A DNA stretch of 62,057 nucleotides, the filler included, from Gonapodya sp. JEL0774 (Eukaryota): NCBI GenBank assembly GCA_027604505.1. It is 14 parts of 14 records of this genome, joined end to end, with 100 filler letters (N's around TTAATTAATTAA, not from the genome) between each part and the next. Parts side by side here need not be neighbours in the genome. Positions count along the whole stretch, not along the records: positions 44,481 to 48,802 come from JADIIX010000978.1; positions 48,903 to 53,222 come from JADIIX010000979.1; positions 53,323 to 57,640 come from JADIIX010000980.1; positions 57,741 to 62,057 come from JADIIX010000981.1; 10 more parts are not named here. One strand, written 5' to 3'. Every line of letters begins with the position of its first letter. Positions within the stretch are counted from its first letter, which is position 1. Of the stretch, positions 46,766 to 58,909 are shown one piece after another. The notes under the pieces are model-generated. The model saw nothing but the letters and a program-made list of their open reading frames with translations. It made no database searches and was not told where the DNA came from. Both the position numbers and the translations under genes were made by a program.

Positions 46766-48026
46766 ATGTCTCAAGTATCGGAGAGATTCGCGATTGATGC
46801 CCAGAGGAACCTGACTCCTGGATCGCAATCTGATGGATTACTGCTTGTCGCTGACATATCCAGAGGTGCGGTTTTCCCACACTCTGATAACTCCGAGTCT
46901 TCCAGGGTTCAACTCTCGACAGTGCTTCGAAGAAATAGGTCTCGAACTCATTCCCGTTTCAGCCACGGTCAAGCAGGAAGAAAGTTCACGACTCTATGAA
47001 TTCCAGGTGGGCTCCGTCAATATGTTTAGACCCGTGCTGGTGCGCAAAGCAAACAGAATAAGTCAATCTATCGTTGATGGAAGTATGTGGTCCATTCAGT
47101 TATCCCTGGTGACAAGCAGATTGGTGATAACCGCAGTAAAGAGCCTTATTCCTTCTATCCGGGGTGTGGTTGCACAAAAGGATGTCCCATCACCGACTCT
47201 GAAAATGGCGGAGAAGATTGCCTTTGCGGAGCGACACGCGGTGGGTGCTGATATGTCAGTTCATCGTCTCTCTTTGTTTTCCCCCTGATACGTTGCCATT
47301 ATGTAATGGATGGAAGGCTATCCAACCTCTGTCTCTGCCAACTCTCTTCACGTTCTGCTAGACAAACAGTATGTTGTGCCCATTTCCTCTGCGAGAGATC
47401 CCCCTCCACCAATCTACGAGTGCAATGCGAGCTGCTCCTGCCCACCAACGTGTGGACGACGACTCGTCCAGCGAGGAGTGAATGTGCGTATTCAAGTCCG
47501 GTCGATGGGGGTCAAGGGACTCGGTGTGGTTGCCCTCGAAGACGTAGAGGCTGGTCGGGTGATTTGCGAGTACGCTGGAGAAGTGCTCAGTAAATCTGCG
47601 CGGGAGACTGTATGGAAAAACCTGCGGGACGCGCGAGCACGTGCACTGCAGCGACGAGATGGAGGAAGCCAGGAATATGATCCAAGCCTACACAACTATA
47701 CACTCACCGTTCTGGAGCATGCAGGCGACAGGACCTACCGGACGACGGTTTCTCCACATGCTGTTGGGAATGTTGCTCGTTTCATTAACCATTCTTGTGA
47801 GCCCAACACCGTGCTTGTCACTGTGAGATGGGACTCACCTGTGCCGGCTGTGGTACTTGTGAGCAAGGGGATTCTAAACGGAGAGGAGGTGACATTTGGG
47901 TATTGGGGCAGTGAGGTGGACGATTTGTCTGGCGGTGATGATGATCCCATGGCGATGCGCGACCGTGTAAAATGCATGTGTGGAGCAGGCAATTGTAGAG
48001 GTTGGCTACCTATAGGAGACCGATAA
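46766..48026 (+). CDS. pre-SET/SET/post-SET histone lysine methyltransferase (SETMAR/SUV39-like)
   Basis: IYECNASCSC..C..RLVQRG, KGLGV, ICEYAGEV, GNVARFINHSCEPN, EEVTFGY and CMCGAGNCRGWL. 5' exons approximate. Confidence 0.88.
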
Positions 48027-48167
48027 GAACATATCAAGTAGTTTGCCGGTGATTTGCGAAGTGAGTCGACCCCTTGTTGGTCCTTGAGTGCTTCTCACAT
48101 TTTGTATGACATCTGAGAGGCGGCCTGATCCCCGAACTTGTACCACCCAGCCTGAAACGCGCATTCA

Positions 48168-48802
48168 ATGACACCGTCTCTTCCAAAGCCTTTATACGAC
48201 GAGACGGTGGCATGGATTCGGTCGAAATGCCCACCCACGCTTCAATCAGTGCAAGTCGCGGTGATTTGCGGGAGTGGTCTGAGCGGCCTTGTGGAGTCAG
48301 TTGACAGCAACAAAGACAAGGTTGTCATTGCTTACAAAGTAAGATTTTAGTGGCGATCAATGCGGGGCTCGAATGCTGGTGCTTTATTCGTCCGCATCAA
48401 CAATCGTGGTTCGTTTCCAATGCGATCACCCCAATCCCAGGATATTCCACACTTCGCGACCTCGACAGTCCAAGGCCACCCAGGCAACCTAGTCCTTGCC
48501 CACTTGAACTCTATACCGACTGCTTTTCTTGTTGGAAGATTCCATTTTTACGAAGGGCACGAGCTCCCCCTCACAACATACCCCGTTCGTGTCCTTGCAC
48601 TCTTGGGAATCCATACCATCATCGTCACAAACGCAGCTGGCGGCCTCAACGAACTCTATGTACCAGGAGATGTCATGGCTATTAAGGACCACATGTCAGT
48701 TGCGGGGTTGGGGGGTCGCAACCCACTCATCGGGCCGAACGAGGACCGATTTGGACCGAGGTTCCCAGCTATGTCGGATGCATACGATCCAGACCTCAGA
48801 CG
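48168..48802 (+). CDS. PNP1: Purine nucleoside phosphorylase (3' truncated)
   Basis: VICGSGLSGL, IPHF..STVQGH.G, GRFHFYEG, TNAAGGLN and GPNEDRFGPRFPAMSDAYD. Confidence 0.95.
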
Positions 48803-48902
48803 NNNNNNNNNNNNNNNNNNNNNNNNNNNNNNNNNNNNNNNNNNNNTTAATTAATTAANNNNNNNNNNNNNNNNNNNNNNNNNNNNNNNNNNNNNNNNNN
48901 NN

Positions 48903-50917
48903 TGTCCGTAATTTAACATTCCACCGAGCAAGAGGTGTGCGCGATGATGTTCCTCACATAGATCATAAAAACGCATACCCTCGGGACCACTGGAAGACTC
49001 CAAACGATCCTTGATGTAGGAGCTCAATGTGACATTGCATGTATTGTTATAAGCGGCACCGGCGGTGAGGAACATTTGAAGTTCGACTCGAGGGCGAGCG
49101 CACAGCTTTCGGGACAGGATTTGATTGAGTCATCGACTCGCTGAACATGTCGAATTCAAACAGAGGAAAACATACCTGCACTTGCTCAACAAAAGGCTCG
49201 AATCCCAAGAAGGTACCATTCAGTAAATACTTCGCAGCTATTATTGTTAATGTGGGTGTTTGCTGTAGAAGAACGGAACCGTGTATCATCAAACAACCTT
49301 AGCTCAATCTGACAGTGTACTTTTCAGCTTACTCCAGTTCCCCATCCATAGCTTTGTCCTACTGTTGTACTCATGAATGCTGGTGCCTTGATGCCTGAGA
49401 AGGCACCATAAAATAAGAAAGGCAAACCGGGAGGCCTTGCAGCCCCTCAATTAGCGAGCCACTCGCTCGACCACAGAGTTAGTAATTGAAAGCGGCCAGC
49501 TGCTCACCAGTCAATCACACCGTTCTCGCCGACTCCTTGTACCCCACTTCCTGGTACGCTCCCAACGGCGGTCCTGGCCACTCGCGCAGCATCCAAGTAT
49601 GCGGAGCACGCGTCTGAGCTCGTATCATACAGTTGAAGAGTGCAAAGGTTCGCCAGAAGCTGACAATATTCAGGCACCGCTGTGATGGAGTCTGTGATGA
49701 CCGAGCTAGCCAGAGATGACAGAGAACTGGCGTACGCTCGACATTTTGCGGCTGCCCCTGGAAAATAGCGAGCGAACGTTTGACTAGCGAAAGAGACTGG
49801 TGCGGCGGTAGAGGGGTACAGGGACGAAAAAGTGACCGTGGAAAAGCGCGAACTAGAAGGATAGGACGAGGATAGTGAGCTGGATTGTGACTGAGTAAGA
49901 CACGTCGGACCGCGCTGTTGAAAACACAAACAGCAATGATCAGTGAACATTCCACAAATGAAAAGGAAAACTGGAGCCATTCAACTGACGGGAGCCGCAC
50001 TGAAGCCCGGTTCACATTGACACGTGTAACCCCCTCCCGCAGAAGCCAGGGTAGCGTACATCGTCCTTGTGTCATCGCAAGGGATGCACTGTTCGGCGTC
50101 GGAGTCAGGATAGAAACCGGCGGGGCACGCTTGACAGTTCATATTGGAGAGGTACGCGCCTGTGAGGGGCGTGCGGTCCGCTAGAGAACCCAATCGACCG
50201 TTCAATGTCCGGTTTAACTGCTGTGCTGGGAGCTTGGAGAGACATATCTTACCGAGGATTTGTCCGGTAGGGCACGAGCATTTCATTGTGGTAGGATCCG
50301 GAACCCCATTTGGGCAAGCGAGGCAGGTCAGACGGTCAAGTGAGGACGTCTATTCATTAAAAGTTCCCGATTACAAATCGCGAGTATGGATTGATTCGTT
50401 CGGCACGAGTTGTAGCGGGTCCGTTGGCTCCAGCTTCATTTCAACGACAGATGGAAGGGGAAAACAGACCTGGTTCGCGGAACAGGCGGTGCAAAGCTTG
50501 GACGAAGCATCAAAGAAGAATCCACGTTTACATCTGCAGGCTTTTCACAGTGGAAAGAGCGAAGTAGGCCGTTTTATTAACACATGGAGTTGAATCGTCG
50601 CCGGAATGAGTTAAAGGACAGCACTCACATGATCCGAAGAGCTCCATATTTGCAGCACAAGTCTTGCAATTCAACGTGTTGATGTCCAAATACTGTCCAG
50701 TGAGGCATACGGAAGCGCCTGAGAGAGGGAAGTGAGTGCTGGCGTTGGTGTTGAGGGACAACGCAGCTTCGGACAAGGACGAGAAGGCGCCAAGGACAAC
50801 GATGTATGAAAAGACTAGCAATCCTGCTGGCGTGGGGTGATAAGGGGGGACTCGTGCGATGGTCATGCTCAGCATTGAGAACAGGCTTTGATATGCATGT
50901 TTAGTTTGGCACAACAT
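48903..50917 (-). CDS. TMEM67: Meckelin (ciliary transition-zone protein), 5' part
   Basis: Signal/TM then Cys-rich repeats (CLTGQYLDINTLNCKTC), CQLLANLCTLQLY...AC, GLPFLFY, AAKYLLNGTFLGFE, GAAYNNTCNV and FYDL. Exact start uncertain. Confidence 0.85.
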
Positions 50918-51075
50918 CCGTCGCAGTTTAGGAATTCACAGTTACTCAGACGCTTCTCCGCTGAGAGTTCTTGGAGTTCTTTGGTATATTTCTAGCACGT
51001 TTTATGCCAATACATTCAAAACTGGAGGTCTTAATCGTATGTACAATTGTTCTGCACTCGCACCATTCATGCCAG

Positions 51076-52764
51076 TTATTCGTCGAGCAAGTCGTCTCCC
51101 GCGTCGTCTGCATCGTCTAAAACGTGAGCATCAGGTCAGTGTTGAGTTGAAAGGTCATTGAGCTTGATTTCCCACGTTATAACCTTCGAACGTTCTTCCA
51201 ACAGCTCACCTTCATCCACCTCCACCCCAAACAACAAAATCGCAGCCACTCCACCTAGCTGTCCGAGTTGTTCACCTGAGCCATGAGCCGTGGAGAGGAT
51301 GAGGCACTCCCCGCCTCGATTTTTCACGCCCTCCACAAGTTCCACGTACGACCGTCGGGTGGGGATATCCGCAGAGCTAATACACCCGAGCGTCAAAAAA
51401 ATGCGCAAGAGTTGTGGTGCACGCCGACTTACCGAAATAACGCGTCCGTGACCATCAACACCTCCACTTGCCCTCCTGCTTCCACCGCCTTCCTCACATG
51501 GTCGTAGCCATACCACGCCCGTTCCGGATCCTCGTCCAACATCTTCCAAAATCTCCGAATCTCCTTGGTCTCCCTCGCGTACCTCGTATCCGCGACCCGA
51601 GACGCGACCGCAGGATCCAGAAGAGCTTCGGAGAGGGAGGCGAGGTGGGCGGACGAGCAGTGGGCCAGGACCATTTTGTTCTTGTTTTGGAGGAGGACGG
51701 TAATGCTTTGGCGGAGTGCGGCGGCGAGGATGTATGCGTGAAGTTGGTCCTGGCGATGGAACGCATGGGTCAGCCTCTCGCAACCAGGAAACGGAGGTGG
51801 TGTTCGCTGAGCGACTTCATTTCCTCGCATGTCGCCGGTAAAGGCCAGTTGATTTCGATGCTATCTATGGCGGGCTCTTCACACGCTCGGGTGTGTAACT
51901 CACCTTCACGAACCCCGGACTCGCGATAACTAGTACCTTCACGATATCAAAGTCCACATACTTCATTATACCCTGCATTACCTGTTCAAAGAACTTTTCC
52001 GTCGCCTTATCCCGTGCCGCCTGCATCCCTTTCCTCTTCCTCGGCACCGCTGCTTCGATTCGTGCCCGCACGATGGTCATGCTCTGAGTCACAAGGCAAA
52101 TCTGGGCGAGACCCTCTTGGCAGACGATAGCAGCGACGTCGGCTCGCTTTGTGGGGTCGCAGGCGTCGTTGACGAGTTGGAGGGCGATCGAGTCCCAGAA
52201 TGGTTTGGTGAGGGTGAAGTTGCGATTGAGTTCGAGGTCGAGGGTGTGATATTGACCCATCTGGAACAGCGAAACGGAAGCAAACGATTAAATATAAACT
52301 GAAGATTGACTACCAAGGTTCTGCCACGAGGAAGAACGAACTAGAGATGGGAAACCTCTGACTCACCTTGACAAACTTGTTCTCTTCAATGTTCCTTCCT
52401 TTCACGCTCAGTACGCCGCCCTGAGTGTCAAAGTCCACACTTTCCACCTGAATCGTGAGCTGCATCCGTACACTGGTTTTATCGGTGGTTCCCGTCGATG
52501 ACTCCGACACAACCTTTCTGATTGCCGTGGCTTTGAGCTGGTCCCCTGCTTGAATAAGATTGTACGCATGCCACATGTCCTGTTTACATAATGACGAGGT
52601 ACGGGTCCGAGTGAGTTTGAGGACAGCATCGAGGAGGTGCGACGGCACAAGGTGAAGAGAGAAGTGCGTGGCGAGTACTTTGGAGAACGGACCTCAGTCT
52701 CCTCGGGGCAGAGGGTGATGCTCCCGGAAGAGTCTTTTTCCAGATATTTCCTAATTAGTTTCAT
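51076..52764 (-). CDS. DOM34: Pelota/Dom34 ribosome-rescue factor
   Basis: MKLI..., DMWHAYNLI..GD, GQYHTLDLELNR, VIASPGFVK, AWYG..HV and HGSGEQLGQLGGVAAIL. Last exon inferred as an acidic tail ending at 51076. Confidence 0.95.
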
Positions 52765-53322
52765 TGGGGCGGGTGTAGCTTGTCGAGGGTTTTGAAAGAG
52801 TTGGGAGGTTCGGATTCCCCCCTCGTACACTGGTAACACGCCTCTTTGAGAGGGCTGAAGACAATTATTTTTATTCAAGCGCGAGATTCTTTCGTATTTT
52901 CAAAAGCACTCCATGTGGTGTGGTTGAGAAGAGGATTATGCAACAAGGTGAGGAAAGGGGAAGCATGAGGAAGGGTATGGAAGGAAGCGACTAACAACAA
53001 AAGCGAAGAGAAAGGATGGAGGACAGAAATTTAAAGATCCAGATCGTTATTGATACAAACAGTTACCAACAGATATGGAGGTTTGTAAGGTACATAGCAA
53101 CACAGGACCGATAGAAGCACATTAGCGAGTACGACCTCTCCCCCAATTCATATCATGAAATCACATAATTCTTGATGTGTAATGGTGTTGTCGAGGAGAC
53201 AATTTTTTTCATTGGTTTATAANNNNNNNNNNNNNNNNNNNNNNNNNNNNNNNNNNNNNNNNNNNNTTAATTAATTAANNNNNNNNNNNNNNNNNNNNNN
53301 NNNNNNNNNNNNNNNNNNNNNN

Positions 53323-54288
53323 GCTGTGCTCAGCTACCGACAGGATCCAACGCTGCCGACTCCGACTCTGCCAACTACCAAAGCTCAAAGAAAACTGTCT
53401 ATGCTCACCGCTCTTTGATCCGACGTTTCCAGTTTTGTTGACCGGCTCGACAAACTTTGCGCCTGGATGATAGTAGTGGTTCCTCGGTACTGTATCCGTG
53501 GACCATCTGTTCTTGATGAGCGGGCGCCAGTCCGACTTCTTCCTGTCAAGTTCCATCGCATCTGTGGTGAAGGAACTCTTCAACAGTGCGTATGCACCAG
53601 CCACTTCTTCTGGGTATCCAATGCTGAGCATTGCTATCTTGGTGATCTTGGATACCGTGCCGGGTTTTATGTTGATTGCGGTTTTTCCAAGACCACGTAA
53701 AAGAAAGGGAAGCTCTCGAGCTATGGAGAGAGCTTTTCGTTGTTTGAGTTCTAGGATGAACTGACCAATGTCAATTCCTGTGGGTGAAAAACGTGGGTAT
53801 GTGATCTTGGCGTTTGAGCCTTTCTTCTTCAGATAATGAAAGCGCAGCGTGATCTCTGAATCTGTGACAACCGTACCGTCATCATAAAGTGCGGCTATGT
53901 CTGCTGGTCGTCTGAACCAGAAAGTGATGCAGATGAGAATGAATGCCAACTGTAGCTCTGCGAGAGTAAGGGACGAAGGTCCACGAGTGCTTGCAAGAAT
54001 ATCCCGGATTGGTTGACACTCTGGGAGTGATATGTCTACTTGCCGTGCGGGAGCAGGTGTGATGCTCTTACTTTGTTCTCGAAGTAGTCGGATGGATGGG
54101 TGACTCTCGAGTGGGTGTACATCCGGTATTTTGTCAATTGTGTTAACGATGACATGGATGTACTTGCCAGCCGTGTCACTGTTGATCTTGTCTTTTCCTT
54201 CTGACTTCAAACGTAGCAGTATAAACTTTGTTATGCATCGGATAGGTTCCGCAAAGGGATCGAGTTCCCTCGACTTGCACCAATCCAT
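53323..54288 (-). CDS. DIRS tyrosine recombinase (may start further upstream, overlaps pol)
   Basis: SAM-like N-terminus (WCKSRELDPF), FRRPADIA, TVSKITK, NRWST..VPRNHYY. Confidence 0.8.
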
Positions 54289-56743
54289 GAACTTGTTGAA
54301 CCGTCCATCCTTTTGTTGGACTGTCCGTTTTTGGCCTGCGTTTGCCAGTACTTCTGCATCTTCTGCGTCAACTCCTGATGCCGTGAGTTTATCCCGGACA
54401 ATTGTACTGCGAGTAGTTGTGCTGTCTCTGGAGGTGCGGTCTGGTATATGAGTCTGGGTTCCAGCAGAGGTTCCTTGTCTAGCAGTACTGGTACGTCAGT
54501 GAGCAGTTCTAGTAGGAGGGGAAACCAAGACTGTGTCGGCCAGAACGGGACGATCATCGTGAGGACTGCTCGTTCCCGAAGAATCTTTGTCAGGATCTGC
54601 GGTATCAAAGCCCATGGTGGGTTCACGAAGAGGTTCACTTCGGTCCATATTTGTGCCATGGCGTCGTGAGCTTCTGCTCCACGTTTGCCATCTGTCCAGG
54701 CCCAGAAGCGTGTTGTCTGTGCGTTCGATCGTGTTGCAAACGCGTCTACTTCGTGTGGGCCCCAGAGCTTGTCTATCTCTTGAAATATTGACTTGCTCAG
54801 CATCCAATCGTATTTGTCCCAGCGGCGACGGCTCTCAAAGTCCGCGTCGTTGATCGCCCCTGGAATGTGTTCGACGAATAGGCGAATATTGTGTGTCTTC
54901 GCGTATCGAATCACTCCTTCCGCTATCTTGGAGAGAACTTCTGTCTTGGTACCTCCCTGTCGAGCGATATAATACACTGTGGCGATGTTGTCCGACAATA
55001 TCAGCACTGTCTTGTGTCGTAGGGCATTGCCGGTGTTGAACCTCTTCAGGCCGCTGAACACCGCGATGCATTCTAAATTCTGAATGTGAATGTGATTCGT
55101 CAGATCTTCGTTGCGTGTGAACCAGTTCTGGATCTCTGCCAAGGAGAATGAGTGACGTAGGTAGTCGTGAAGATGGTGCGTGGACCACGCGCCTCCGTCG
55201 ATAGTCTTTGTTATTTTCGTTCCCGACTCCAGAACTTGAGTGAGTTGGACTCCCCATCCATGTTGAGATGCGTCGGTCGTCAAGATTGCATCGATTGTCG
55301 GTGTCAAGTAGGAGATCCCGTTGTGGCGTTCCAACTGTGGAAGAATCTCTCGGGCAGTCTGTTGAGTCTCGTGTGAGATCTGTATTATTGTGTCCCAGTC
55401 GGTATTGTTCTGGAGTGCTACTCGTATGGAACGGAGGAGTGGTCGTGCTAGCAGAAGTGACTGTTGTAGTCCCTCCTTCATTGAAATCAACGTGCCCGCT
55501 ACGCGCGCCATCTGCCTCGCTGAGAGGTGTTGATTGTTGAGCAGACTGCGGAGCATCTGTCGAAGTTTGCGAAGTTTTGCGAGAGGGATCCGGATTTCCT
55601 TTGTGATGTAGTTCCACTCGAAACCCAAGAATTCTATCTTTGTCACTGGAAGAAGGACCATCTTCTGATGTTTGAACCGGTATCCCAGCCACTGGAAGAC
55701 TTGAATCGTGAATGCCATCTGCATCAAGCCTTCGTTCTCCCCTGGTGAGGGGTTGGTGCTGTCGTCCACGTATAGAATGAAAACTATCCCGTTCGCTCGA
55801 ATGATTCCCGCTGGAACTCGAGTTGTCTTGTAGAAGTTGTGTGGGATGCTTCAGCAGTGATTGAGACCCACGAGCACGTTTTCATATAAAAGCTGAGAAG
55901 TGTAATTGCTCATGGGGCTCACCATTTCATTCCAAATACTGCCGCTAGCAAATGAAATACCCGACCGCACGCGCGAATTCGCAAGTACGGGTAGTCTTTC
56001 TCTTGATGCGCCAGATGATGAAACGCGTCGGCTATATCTGTCTTGGTTGCGTGTGTGTATAAGTTGGACCGAAGGATCTCGCGGAGGGTCTGCGCTGTAT
56101 CCATTCTGAACAGTTGATCTACTAAGTTCTGATTGAACTCTGTGAAGTCGGCAATCGGACGTTTCTTGCTGCCCTGTTCCACGACGAACATGGGTGTGTA
56201 GTGGGTGCCCGGTTTGGCTCGTCCGTCGTCTCCCAGGATCTCCACTGCCACTCCTTTCGTGATCCATTCCTCCATATTGGAGGCGAGCGCTCCTTCGAGG
56301 GCCGACTCCAGTTTGTATTCTCGTGTCCTTTGCTGTGCCCGTGGACGAGGGGTCGCGAGGGGAATGATTATTCCTTCGCCTATTGTTGTGAGCACCCAGC
56401 GATTGCGCGTGACCATCTCCCACCTGGGAAGGAAGTGACGTCAGCGGCCTCCTACTGGTATCAATGGTGCTGGATGAGGCAGAACTTGCTCTAATAGGCT
56501 CGCGCGTCGATCCAGATCTGGTTCGGTATACGCTGCGCGAACGAGTTGAAGAAACTGATCCCAAGCTTGTCGAGAGGGGAACGTTCGTTTCTGCCACTCC
56601 TCGAACCACCGCTCTTGTGGTATACCTTCTTTCGCAATTTCTTCGATCTTGTTGGATGTCGGACTGATCGAATGAAGTGAGCGCTGTCGTGAGGTGAACA
56701 CTGTTGTGCTCAGCATTGGATGGGTGGGAGTCGCGGTTGGCAT
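54231..56743 (-). CDS. DIRS pol: RT + RNase H + DNA N6-adenine methylase-like domain, with a 74-bp intron (55849-55922) and an in-frame TGA (56441-56443)
   Basis: PVGGR*RHFLPRW, KKRPIAD, TDIADAFHHL, spliced FGMKCIPHNF..LYVDDS, TTDASQHGWG, HIQNLEC, SDNIAT, HIPGAINDADFESR, VDAFAT, NPPW and PFWPTQSWFP. Confidence 0.9.
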
Positions 56744-56949
56744 CTGAGACGACCACTCCAGCCAGCATTCTAGGTATTCGACTGGAACTTCCAGTTTGTT
56801 GAGGAGAGGATCGCTGGTTGCGAGACTCTGTGTTTGGCGTTATTCGTCTATTTCCTGGAGCGTTGTCGCTGCCAGGTCTCCTCCATACTCCGTCGACGAG
56901 ACGAATGTTGTTGGTCGGTATGTTGTCGTCGGCGGAGTGTTGAGGTGCT

Positions 56950-57640
56950 CTAAGCTCGGCCGCGGCCTCTGCCGCAACCCCCCCGAAAACCCGATCCAGT
57001 TGGTTTTTCTGCAGGAGTGGGTGAACTTTCCGTACCTCCTGAGCCCTCATACGAAACACTGCCATACTGTGGTTTTTGATAGTACGTCGCGCGTAACCCA
57101 TAGTAGCCGCTGCTGCGGTACTGCTGATACTTAGACCGGTTGCCGTACGAGTATCGTGTACTTTTCCCGCGCCCACGGTAACCTTTGGCGCTGTTAGAAA
57201 AGGGGTTGGAGTGGCGTGAATGAAGTTTCTGGAGGGCAACTGAGAGTTCACGGCCGTGACTGTCGAGCAACGGAACATCCTTAGCCGCGAGAAGCTCAAG
57301 GGGCTTCGAGAAATCGAGAGTGCCATCAGCAAGTGTGGGTCGGGAACTGGACCACACTGGGTTGGTACTGGAGCGTGGGTGGTGTGTTTCCAGCTCCTTC
57401 TTGGGGTCTCCGAGTCTCAGGACATTCTTTATCTTCTGTACGGTGATGTCTGACGTGACAACTGAAGAGTGCATCGTATTCAGAACCATAACATCAAGTG
57501 CGTCATTCAGCAGGCTGGTGCGCCGACGTTCAGTACGCTTCTGCATTCGAAGGATGGTGTATGTAAAGAATCTACGAGTCGAGTCACCTCGAGTCGAGTT
57601 CGAGTTGAGTCGAGTCGATTTGACTCGACTCGACGTCTTT
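56950..57640 (-). CDS. DIRS gag-like ORF, 3' part
   Basis: Upstream of pol, ending in an RG/Y-rich nucleic-acid-binding tail (RGRGKSTRYSYGNR...GRGRGRA). Confidence 0.6.
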
Positions 57641-57740
57641 NNNNNNNNNNNNNNNNNNNNNNNNNNNNNNNNNNNNNNNNNNNNTTAATTAATTAANNNN
57701 NNNNNNNNNNNNNNNNNNNNNNNNNNNNNNNNNNNNNNNN

Positions 57741-58218
57741 GCTGTTTTTGACCACGCAATTCCACCCTTCCGAGCAGCATTCTGAAGGTCCCGAGTAACC
57801 CTCACCGCCACATTGGCCGTATTGTGGAGCACATGTTGCCTGAGAATGAATAGGAAGCGCGGATCGTGAATGTCGTGAAGACGTTTCGAATGCGGTTATG
57901 TAACAGAAGGGATCGTTCAAAACCACAGAGTGCGCTGGAGATACTCACGGCCGCTGTATCGATCGGAATGCATTGCGAGTACCACTCGTTCTGGAATATG
58001 CAGGCAGATCCCTCGGTGCAGCAAAGAGCGCCGGTGTATGTTTTCCCGGAGCATTGGCCCCACGGTTCGGCGCATTGCTGAGCGAGCACGCCTGGAGGAG
58101 CCAGTGCCAGGCAGAAGGCAAAAAATAACACGAGTGTCCGCGTTTGCAGAGGTCCGTGGATCCCGCCGGCGTTTCTGGCGGTTCGAAACGGGGACCGCTT
58201 GGACATAGGAACAGACAT
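57741..58218 (-). CDS. Secreted protein with tandem CBM1 (fungal cellulose-binding) modules, 3' truncated
   Basis: Signal peptide then QCAEPWGQCSGKTYTGALCCTEGSACIFQNEWYSQC. The next exon gives CAPQYGQCGGEGYSGPSECCSEGWNCV. Confidence 0.88.
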
Positions 58219-58909
58219 AGCGAGACCACCCGCTTTGAAAATTGAGTTCCTGGCGAGCTCGACAACTCGATTAATGAACGGTTCGGCTCGGCGAACGTAC
58301 AACTTCGGTTTGCTTGGCAGGTTTTGTTGCAACGTGGCGGTTCTTGTTCTTCCCTTTATCCCAGTCCCTTTTGGAAAGGTTTTTATATACACACCGCTAG
58401 GGAATCGGATTTGCCCAAATCCGGCTTTCATTAACGTGTACTGGGTCGTTCACCTATTTCTCATTTCATATTACTGGGATGGTCAAAATGGATAGAAGGG
58501 GGGCAGCCGAGTTTTTTGATGCAGCATGATCCACCACGCGCGTGATGTATCTTACGCAGTTCCTCATTGGTCACACCTATCTGCATCCGCAATATCCTCT
58601 ATCGCACATGTCACGTGGGACTGTGGGTGAACGAGTCAAAAAGATTTATGGAGAAAACGTAACTTTGCTTTGAATCTTCTTACAAATTGCAGTCAACTTT
58701 TCAATACCAAACTACAGTCTTGGGAGTGACGGCGACAAAATAAACGCGGGCCGGTCAGCTGTGAATACCACCAACAAGACCCTCCCAAAAGTAAAAGGAA
58801 ATAGTGCCCGAATGAGTTGTAAGAAAAGCTGTCCATGACATGCCCCATCAACCCTCTGTGCTACACTTGTCACGAATCGCTACACTGCATTCGCACGTCT
58901 TTTCCATGG

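Larger units (their letters stand above)
53323..57640 (-). mobile_element. DIRS1-like tyrosine-recombinase retrotransposon (gag, RT-RNaseH-methyltransferase-like, YR), termini outside the contig
   Basis: All DIRS modules present in canonical order, with overlapping pol and YR frames. Confidence 0.93.

Noticed and set aside
46766..48026. SETMAR-type SET-transposase fusion
   Set aside because: The ORF stops right after post-SET and the next gene is PNP; no mariner domain is present.
54500..54830. Stand-alone DNA adenine methyltransferase or restriction-modification system (NPPW motif)
   Set aside because: This is the methylase-like domain routinely fused to DIRS pol after RNase H.
4375..57740. 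Regularly spaced TTAATTAATTAA motifs as a biological repeat, and any gene clustering across them
   Set aside because: They sit in N runs of fixed length and are synthetic six-frame-stop linkers. Contigs are length-sorted, so cross-linker neighbourhoods (for example virus next to transposon) are artefacts.
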